NCBI GenBank assembly: GCA_020348445.1 | Contig: CP070751.1 | Span: forward strand, 32,001 to 96,000 | From: Thermoplasmata archaeon | GTDB taxonomy: Archaea > Thermoplasmatota > Thermoplasmata > GCA-020350865 | Reading direction: 5' to 3' | Length of the DNA stretch: 64,000 nucleotides | Part shown: positions 59,201-64,000 of the stretch, one piece after another | Layout of the letters: each line of letters starts with the position of its first letter | How positions within the stretch are numbered: position 1 is the stretch's first letter | The notes under the pieces: generated by a model | The model's input: the letters and a program-made list of their open reading frames with translations, nothing else | The model's database searches: none | What the model was told of the DNA's origin: nothing | Position numbers and translations under genes: made by a program

Positions 59201-59909
59201 AGCCAGCGATAATATATCCACCATCGGAGGTCTGCTGGACATAATGACCTTCATCCTCAGAACTCCCGCCAAAGCTCTTGTTCCAACTTTCAGCACCTAA
59301 TGAATCGGTCTTGATAAGCCAGAAATCAGAGGCGCCAGCACTATAAGATATTGTATACCCAACGATAATATACTCCCCCTCTGAGGTCTGCTGAACACAA
59401 TAACCAATTTCAGATAAACTCCCACCGTAGGTTTTGTTCCAACTTTCAACACCAAACGAATCAGTCTTAATCAACCAGATATCATATCCGCCTGCACCAT
59501 AAGAACTGGTATAGCCAGCGATAATATACCCGCCGTCCGAGGTCTGCCGGACAGAATTACCCCCATCAGAAGAACTCCCGCCAAAGGTCTTGTTTATTTT
59601 ATTCAGTCTCACCTCGCCTTTGGAGGTATCCATAACGACGTTCCTTGAGTAATCGATCATTGATTCGTCGGTAAAATCGTCTTCGATGTATTTTGTCTGG
59701 AGCTCCAGTGTCACGTTGCCGTCAGGAGTGATTGTGATATTTTCTGGAGTTCCTGACAGGAAATCCGCCTCAGTCGTCTGCATCCAGCTCGAACCTCCAG
59801 AAGCGTTCTCAACAAAAGGCCCATCAAATGGCATTACCTGAATCACAGACAAAATCAGCAATATCCCTAGAGACACTCGAAATACTCGTCTTTCCTTACG
59901 CCCACACAT
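53217..59909 (-). CDS. Giant type-I surface protein with 21 beta-propeller repeats, Ig-like stalk and conserved TM/cytoplasmic tail
   Basis: Paralog of 45535-53124: 21 blade repeats, 3 QP.ISF modules, 1 IIHTP module, 2 Big_5-like modules. Confidence 0.92.
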   Translation of the reverse strand: MCGRKERRVFRVSLGILLILSVIQVMPFDGPFVENASGGSSWMQTTEADFLSGTPENITITPDGNVTLELQTKYIEDDFTDESMIDYSRNVVMDTSKGEVRLNKINKTFGGSSSDGGNSVRQTSDGGYIIAGYTSSYGAGGYDIWLIKTDSFGVESWNKTYGGSLSEIGYCVQQTSEGEYIIVGYTISYSAGASDFWLIKTDSLGAESWNKSFGGSSEDEGHYVQQTSDGGYIIAGYTSSYGAGGSDVWLIKTDSSGNEQWNKTFGGSSTDKGYSVHQISGGGYIIAGYTHSYGTGSADVWLIKTDSSGAESWNNTFGGIGYDHGNSVQPTSDGGYIIAGSTNSYGIGSVDAWLIKANSSGSETWNKTFGGSFLDESYSVQQTSDGGYIIGGNTKSWGAGKDDAWLIKTDSSGGEKWFKFFGGSTYDYCKSVRQTSDGGYIISGYTESFSAGGYDVWLIKTDSPDVENWNNIFEGSQYDGSRCVQQTSDGGYIIAATTYSYGINTPSQSNVWLIKTDSSGKEQWNKTFGGSDGDSSYSIQQTVDGGYIITGYTKSYGGSDIDVWLIKTNSSGSEQWNKTFGGDSADYGESVLQTFDGGYIIAGHTLSFGINTPFKSNTWLIKTDSLGIETWNNTFGGIEYDRGYSVQQTSDRGYIIAGHTYSYGAGNEDAWLIKTDSSGIETWNKTFGGSDYETSYSVQQTSDGGYITAGYTGSFGTGNDDVWLIKTDSSGAESWNNTFGGSQNDVGRCVQQTANDGYIIIGSTRSYGINTPSKSNILLIRTDSTGAEQWNKIFGGNENDFGYYVQQTLDGGYILVGRTYSYGVGTPSNPNIWLIKTNSEDVASWSRPFGGSSSDEGVSVLQTSDGGYIIAGYTESYGAGGYDAWLIKTDSSGSETWNKTFGGSNHDFGASIEQTADGGYIIAGNTQSYGVGLRDAWLIKIDSSGTESWNKTFGGNIHDFGNFVQQTSDGGYIIAGYTESYGAGGYNTWLIKTDSSGNETWNKTFGGSSDDWGNSVWQTSDGGYIIAGITYSYGAGIADAWLIKTDSSGTESWNKTFGGSDIDSGYSVHQISDGGYIIGGNTQSYGAGKYDAWLIKTDSSGNEQWNKTFGGSSQDYCESVLQTSDGGFIITGSTISYGTGGYNAWLIKTDSFGSEKWFKILGGSESDTGRSVHQTSDSGYIIAGYTNSYGIGVPSLPNIWLVKDDSSWGEIISTNLFMGDVAYAINNFTIEVVKPLGTSIKVQFSRNALSWYNSTGSLNGWDNLFSSTNVINFKQLGWNGSQFYYRVNFASDGIDTPILKNIIFSYQQYKPSGIFESESYDTGGSVSWWTLNWSATKPPGTEIKLQLRTASTQGGLLAKNFVGSDGTSSTNYTIPGSNIWPGHDGDQWIQYKVYLYTTNTSVSPILHNITIHFNLIPNEPTLTAPPNNLITINNTPSFDWTFFDLDGYQTDFEVLIDDDSAFDSVNYDSGEQSSTNPYWQFPSGTGYTTIADGIYYWKVRVKDNDGDWSPYSNYWNITIDITPPNSFTPLATPDGWTNNNQPQISFFTIDATSGIDYYQVKIDSGSFTTQMSPYTLPEQSDGTHNITVRAYDKAGNYRDGFVDVYIDATLPNDFIPTADPSGWTYNSQPTISFSTTDTLSGIDHYEVSIDGGGYSIQTSPYTLPAQSDGVHNITVRAIDLAGNYVEGYVEVYIDTTDPVDFNPTAPSGWIADNQPEISFSTTDVTSGIDHYEVRINDGTFATQTSPYTLPAQSDGTYNITVRAYDRAGNYIDRYVDVHIDTTSPLIIHTPITAGNEGSAITISATVTDDHSGVDYVELFYKKIIDTKFSNITMMRNGNIYSANIPADTVTVDGVDYYLKAADKSSEPSIVYYGAGGQVSEEPNSQNDIVITISDVDITPPTIIEKFPEGNNVPVSSLISVTFSEAMDKTITDNIFTITPELTGTAHWEGNKLIFNSEYAMEYGTPYSVTVGTVVKDIAGNNLENAFTWQFITTSIQDVSPPTIGEETPRGVDISIDTTISLQFSERMQEDNTKKAFSIEPYVDGKFTWEYNKLVFTPDSSLSYETTYTITISTDAKDFVGNNLENEYSWSFTTEEDPEKGEESFWETWEPIITGATVLASIIVFLIGFLTVRKKRSKLRQYMDRIESTFNEYKQNPQECEKELIELREDIKADVRKGKIEENHFLILDKRIDDYLLDLKTMEKEEAGEVLEEDMTEPISEEEEDISGGFE
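56289..59597 (-). repeat. 21 copies of the ~52-aa beta-propeller blade repeat
   Basis: Counted by hand in the translation. Confidence 0.9.
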
Positions 59910-59913
59910 GTTT

Positions 59914-59977
59914 GCCCCCTCCGGTTTGTATAAATCCTGAAATTAAAATAAAATATGGATATTTAAGTTTATCTTTC
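59914..59977 (-). promoter_or_regulatory. Conserved BRE-TATA-leader cassette for the 53217-59909 gene
   Basis: Minus strand GAAAGATAAA-CTTAAATA-TCCATAT..TTTCAG..TATAC..GGAGGGGG RBS. Confidence 0.7.
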
Positions 59978-59985
59978 TATTTGAA

Positions 59986-62900
59986 TTATTCAGCTTCCTC
60001 GCCAACATCTTCTTCTCCAGACATAGGCTCAGTAATATCCTCCTCCAACTCTTCCCTTGCTTCCTCTTTTTCCATGGTTTTCAATTCCATTAAATAATCG
60101 TCTATCCTCTTATCCAGAATCAGAAAATGGTTTTCTTCGATTTTACCTTCCTTGACCTCGGCTTTAATGTCTTCCCTGAGAGCGATCAACTCCTGCTCAC
60201 ATTCCCGATGGTCCTTTTTATATTTATTGAATGTATCATCTATTCTTTCTATATACTGCCTAAGTTTACTGCGCTTCTTTCTTACGGTGAGAAATCCAAC
60301 AAGGAATACAATAATTGAAGCTAGAACCGTTGCACCTGTGATTATCGGCTCCCAGGTTTCCCAAAAGGATTCCTTTTCCTCCCCTTCAGCTTCTCTTGTG
60401 GTGATAAACTCCCATTGGTAGTCTTCTTTAAGGGTATTACCACTTAAACTTATTGCACTTTTAGAAATGGTAATATTATATTTCTCTCCGAGAGCAAGGG
60501 GTTCAGTGGGTGTAAATGTTAAAGTTGCTCCCTTCAAATCAAATGCGCCATCCACATTTGGAGTTATCGAAAATGCAGCTTTCGTGGGTACCTCATCCAT
60601 TGCCTCACTAAATACAATTACTATTGGTTGGTCTACTGGGACCTCACTACCTGTTGGTGATTTGGTCTCTATTTTCAAGAACCCAGTAATTGTGATATCG
60701 ATGTCAGTATTAGAATCTGGTTCATCCGTGACTTGGCCACCTGTGCCAAAGTATGCAATATTGGCAGGTGATGCTTTATCGATGGCTTTAATATAATATT
60801 CAAGCCCATCAGAAGTGACCACGGCAGGATTTATTTCTAAATAGTATGTATTTCCATTTACATTCATTATTTCTGAAGCGTACGATGTCTCAATGGGTTT
60901 TTTATAATACAGCATTATATTATCGATTCCACTTCCATCATCGACAACAACAGCCGTAATATTTATGGAAACACCGTCTGTTCCACTGGTAACTGGTGTA
61001 TGTGTAATTGTGGGTGTATTCGTGTCGATATAAATATCTACATAACAATCAATATAATTTCCAACTATATCAAACGCTCTTACTGTAATGTTATGGATCC
61101 CATCGATCTGCGGTGGGATTTTATAAGGACTTGTTTGTTGTGAGAAACTTCCTGTATCTATTTTTACCTCGTAATGATCAACACTGCTGGTTGCATCTGT
61201 CGTTGAGAAGGTAATATTAAATTGGTTATTTGAAGTCCACAAATGGTATTTTGGAGTGATTAAAAAACCGGTTGGTGGAGTGGTATCCACTGTAAAATTG
61301 TTGGATTCGCTATATGGCCCCCAAACTCCGTCATTATCCCTAGTCCTCACTTTCCAGTACCATGAACCATCGGCTATCGCATTATAGCTAGTTCCCTCTG
61401 GAAATTGCCAGTATTGATTTGAGGTGCTTTGTTCACCGCTATCATATTCAACGTTATTGAAGCGGCTATCCTCATCAATTATAACCTGAAATCCATTTAA
61501 AGATCCATCTAAATCATCAGAGCTCCAACTAAACAAGGGTGTGCTATCATTTAATATTATATTATTCACAGGACTGCTTATCTGCGGTTGTGTTGGAATA
61601 TTATTATAAGAGATTGTCACATCCTGCAAAATAGGTGTTGTATTACCCAAGCTTGAGCTTAAATAGACCTTATATTGGATCCACCATTTATCAGAAGTAT
61701 GGCCGGACCAGATATTTGTACCTGAGGAAGTATAATAAGTTGAGGATGTTCCCTCAGGACCCACAAAATCCTTGCTTGACAAACCAGATTGGGTGTCTGC
61801 AGTTCTCAATTGAAATTTAATTGTATCATTTATTTTAGTCCAACTTATTGTGTACCAATTTACATCAGCACCGGCATTATATGGTTGTGATACAAGATCG
61901 CCTGACGTAAATTGATTATATAAAAAACTAATATTTTGAACACTTGGAGCTTTTTCATTATTTGATGTAAAATTCATTTGGTAGTAAAAACCAGGTCCCT
62001 GCCAACCCAAAGATGATAAATCAATAGAATTAAAACCATCAGACAAAGTATCCCAGCCATCCAATGTTCCACCTGAATTGTACCAATAAGTTGAATTTTG
62101 TGAAAATTGCACTTTGATTCCAGTTTCCGGAAATACTGAGGTATTGCAATCAAAAGTATTGATTGAATATACTACCTGACCTGCAAGCAGATCAACTGAG
62201 GTCATTACACCATATGTAAAATCTAGGTAACCAGTTTGATTGGTTTTAATCAGCCACACATCACCATCACCGCTACCATAAGAATAAGTACAACCTGTTA
62301 TTATGTAACCACCATCTGAAGTCTGCCGGGCTGAAAAACCGTAGTCACTGGATTTTCCGCCAAAGATTTTAGTCCACTCTTCATTACCTAAATAATTGGT
62401 TTTGATCAACCAAAGATTATTTGGACCAGAACCATAAGACCATGTTTCACCTACGATAATATATCCGTCATCCGAAGTCTGCTTGACTGAAGAACCGAAA
62501 TCCCATGCACTCCCGCCAAAAGTATTATTCCAATCCTCACTTCCAGACCCATCGGTTTTAATCAACCAGACATCATAAGTACCAGGCCCATAAGAGGTAC
62601 TATAACCGGTGATAATATAACCACCATCTGTGGTTTGATTGACTGATTTACCTTCATCAGAATCACTCCCGCCAAAAGTAATATTCCAATCCTCACTTCC
62701 AGATCCATCGGTTTTAATCAACCATGCATCAGAGCTTCCACCACCCCAAGATGACACATATCCTGTAATGATAAAGCCACCATCAGGTGTTTGCTCACAG
62801 CATTCACCCCCTTCATCTTCACTCCCACCAAAGGTTTTATCCCATTGTTTGTTTCCAAAAGAATCTGTTTTAATCAGCCAGACATCTTCTCCACCTGCGC

Positions 62901-63624
62901 CATAAGAGGATGTTTCCCCAGTGATGATATAGCCACCGTCAGAAGTCTGCTGGACTGACTCACCTAATTCTGATGAACTTCCACCATAAGTTCTATTCCA
63001 TTCCTCATTACCTGAAGAATCAGTTTTTATCAGCAAGACATCATACAAACCTGCACCATAAGATGTTGTATAACCAGCGATAATATAGCCACCGTCGGAA
63101 GTTTGCTGAACTGATGAACCGCCTTCATCATCCAATCCCCCAATTATCTTATTCCATTGTTCATCACCGTAAGAATCCGTTTTAATTAGCCATACATCTG
63201 TTGAAAGTCCACCATGAGTGTTTATACCTCCTGTTATTATATAGCCACCATCAGAAGTTTGTTCTATAGAAACACCCGCTTCGTGTAAAAATCCACCAAA
63301 CGTGTTATTGATTTTTACTAGCTTTGATTCACCTACAATCGTATCTACCTTTATGTGATTCTTATAGCTAATTTTGGATTCATCATAAAAATTATCTTCT
63401 ACATTTTTTGTTAGTAATGGAAGTTTCACCTCACCCGAAGGTGTAACCTCCACATCGGTCAATGTTCCACCATTAAAGTCTGCCTCAGTAGTCTGCACCC
63501 AGCTCGAACCTGCTGAGGCGTTTTCTACAAGCGGCCCATTAAAGTGCATTACTTGAACCAAAGACAATATCAATAATATCCCTAGACACAGTCGAAATAC
63601 TCGCCTTACCTTTCGCCCACGCAT
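59986..63624 (-). CDS. Large type-I surface protein with 7 beta-propeller repeats, Ig-like stalk and conserved TM/cytoplasmic tail
   Basis: Paralog with exactly 7 blade repeats and one copy of each stalk module it carries (no SWTNP module). Confidence 0.92.
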   Translation of the reverse strand: MRGRKVRRVFRLCLGILLILSLVQVMHFNGPLVENASAGSSWVQTTEADFNGGTLTDVEVTPSGEVKLPLLTKNVEDNFYDESKISYKNHIKVDTIVGESKLVKINNTFGGFLHEAGVSIEQTSDGGYIITGGINTHGGLSTDVWLIKTDSYGDEQWNKIIGGLDDEGGSSVQQTSDGGYIIAGYTTSYGAGLYDVLLIKTDSSGNEEWNRTYGGSSSELGESVQQTSDGGYIITGETSSYGAGGEDVWLIKTDSFGNKQWDKTFGGSEDEGGECCEQTPDGGFIITGYVSSWGGGSSDAWLIKTDGSGSEDWNITFGGSDSDEGKSVNQTTDGGYIITGYSTSYGPGTYDVWLIKTDGSGSEDWNNTFGGSAWDFGSSVKQTSDDGYIIVGETWSYGSGPNNLWLIKTNYLGNEEWTKIFGGKSSDYGFSARQTSDGGYIITGCTYSYGSGDGDVWLIKTNQTGYLDFTYGVMTSVDLLAGQVVYSINTFDCNTSVFPETGIKVQFSQNSTYWYNSGGTLDGWDTLSDGFNSIDLSSLGWQGPGFYYQMNFTSNNEKAPSVQNISFLYNQFTSGDLVSQPYNAGADVNWYTISWTKINDTIKFQLRTADTQSGLSSKDFVGPEGTSSTYYTSSGTNIWSGHTSDKWWIQYKVYLSSSLGNTTPILQDVTISYNNIPTQPQISSPVNNIILNDSTPLFSWSSDDLDGSLNGFQVIIDEDSRFNNVEYDSGEQSTSNQYWQFPEGTSYNAIADGSWYWKVRTRDNDGVWGPYSESNNFTVDTTPPTGFLITPKYHLWTSNNQFNITFSTTDATSSVDHYEVKIDTGSFSQQTSPYKIPPQIDGIHNITVRAFDIVGNYIDCYVDIYIDTNTPTITHTPVTSGTDGVSINITAVVVDDGSGIDNIMLYYKKPIETSYASEIMNVNGNTYYLEINPAVVTSDGLEYYIKAIDKASPANIAYFGTGGQVTDEPDSNTDIDITITGFLKIETKSPTGSEVPVDQPIVIVFSEAMDEVPTKAAFSITPNVDGAFDLKGATLTFTPTEPLALGEKYNITISKSAISLSGNTLKEDYQWEFITTREAEGEEKESFWETWEPIITGATVLASIIVFLVGFLTVRKKRSKLRQYIERIDDTFNKYKKDHRECEQELIALREDIKAEVKEGKIEENHFLILDKRIDDYLMELKTMEKEEAREELEEDITEPMSGEEDVGEEAE
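62221..63312 (-). repeat. 7 copies of the 52-aa beta-propeller blade repeat
   Basis: Counted by hand in the translation. Confidence 0.9.
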
Positions 63625-63630
63625 ATTGGT

Positions 63631-63695
63631 CCCCTCCGTGTCTGTATAAATTCTGAAATTAAGATATAATATGGATATTTAAATTTATCTTTTTT
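63631..63695 (-). promoter_or_regulatory. Conserved BRE-TATA-leader cassette for the 59986-63624 gene
   Basis: Minus strand AAAAAAGATAAA-TTTAAATA-TCCATAT..TTTCAG..TATAC..GGAGGGG RBS. Confidence 0.7.
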
Positions 63696-63758
63696 CTGAA
63701 ATAAATTGGGGATCTTTTATGGAATTCTTAATTGGAGAAATTATGAGCCTTTCTGTAA

Positions 63759-64000
63759 TTATTCTTCTCCTTGTTCCTCTCCCACATCTCCTGTTTCCCC
63801 ACCAACATCTTCTTCCTCAGAAATTGGCTCTGTAATGCCCTCTTCCGACACTTCCCCTGCCTCCCCTGCTTCTCCTATCGCCCCTTTTTCCATGACCGCC
63901 AATTTCATTATATAATCATCTATCTTTTTATCCAGAATCAGGAAATGGTTTTCCTCGATCTTGCCTCTATGAACGTCTTTTTTGATGCCTTCTCTAAGGG
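63759..64000 (-). CDS. 3' end of a fifth paralogous surface-protein gene (truncated by the window edge; not in ORF track)
   Basis: Hand translation ..LREGIKKDVHRGKIEENHFLILDKKIDDYIMKL..EGITEPISEEED..GEE* matches the shared cytoplasmic tail. Confidence 0.9.
   Translation of the reverse strand, partial: LREGIKKDVHRGKIEENHFLILDKKIDDYIMKLAVMEKGAIGEAGEAGEVSEEGITEPISEEEDVGGETGDVGEEQGEE

Noticed and set aside
45535-63624. Diversity-generating retroelement acting on the propeller repeats
   Set aside because: There is no reverse transcriptase and no non-coding template repeat, and the variation is not visibly restricted to adenines.
988-63915. Other short track ORFs nested in or antisense to the called genes
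   Set aside because: They overlap well-supported genes and lack motifs or RBSs. Many recur only because the host genes are repetitive.
1-64000. tRNA, rRNA, SRP or RNase P RNA, IS elements, integrase
   Set aside because: By eye I found no T-loop/cloverleaf, rRNA, RNase P or transposase/integrase motifs. tRNAscan-SE and Infernal would be needed to exclude them formally.

Overview
Archaeal chromosomal window. Evidence: an aIF2-beta gene with a fused TRAM domain, a UPF0282 hydrolase, BRE/TATA promoters and GGAGG/GGTGA ribosome-binding sites. Thermoplasmatota is probable but inferred, not verified. I found no rRNA, tRNA, CRISPR or transposase. From left to right: (1) a LUD/4Fe-4S plus CCG-domain oxidoreductase pair, an Lrp regulator with a Cys-rich tail, and iorAB. 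(2) A ~9-kb oxidative-stress and iron island with four ferritin-like paralogs, rubrerythrin, ferritin, desulfoferrodoxin, TusA, FprA, rubredoxin, a PerR/Fur regulator, a flavin disulfide reductase and glutaredoxin/FTR-rubredoxin. It includes three metal-binding microproteins absent from the ORF track. (3) A B12 acyl-CoA mutase operon with isobutyryl-CoA-mutase signature residues. (4) V4R, CBS and MscS genes. (5) An AT-rich pair of STAND-like ATPases, the second with ~10 TPRs and no visible effector. (6) Housekeeping genes and an RHH/Zn-ribbon plus YbjQ operon with a palindromic operator. (7) A membrane-anchored S8 protease, trxB, and a presenilin homolog carrying a ~320-aa extracellular seven-motif FG-GAP-like insertion. 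(8) A 70-bp tandem repeat, NifU, a hidden Zn-ribbon microprotein, pflX and an orphan wHTH/membrane pair. (9) A >22-kb tandem array of at least five giant type-I surface proteins, built from 7 or 21 copies of a 52-aa beta-propeller repeat and/or Ig-like modules, all ending in the same TM plus cytoplasmic helical domain. The strongest novelty candidates are the ectodomain-bearing presenilin, possibly acting on the surface-protein array, and the effector-less dual-STAND/TPR pair. All family assignments come from motif reading by eye; no database searches were run.
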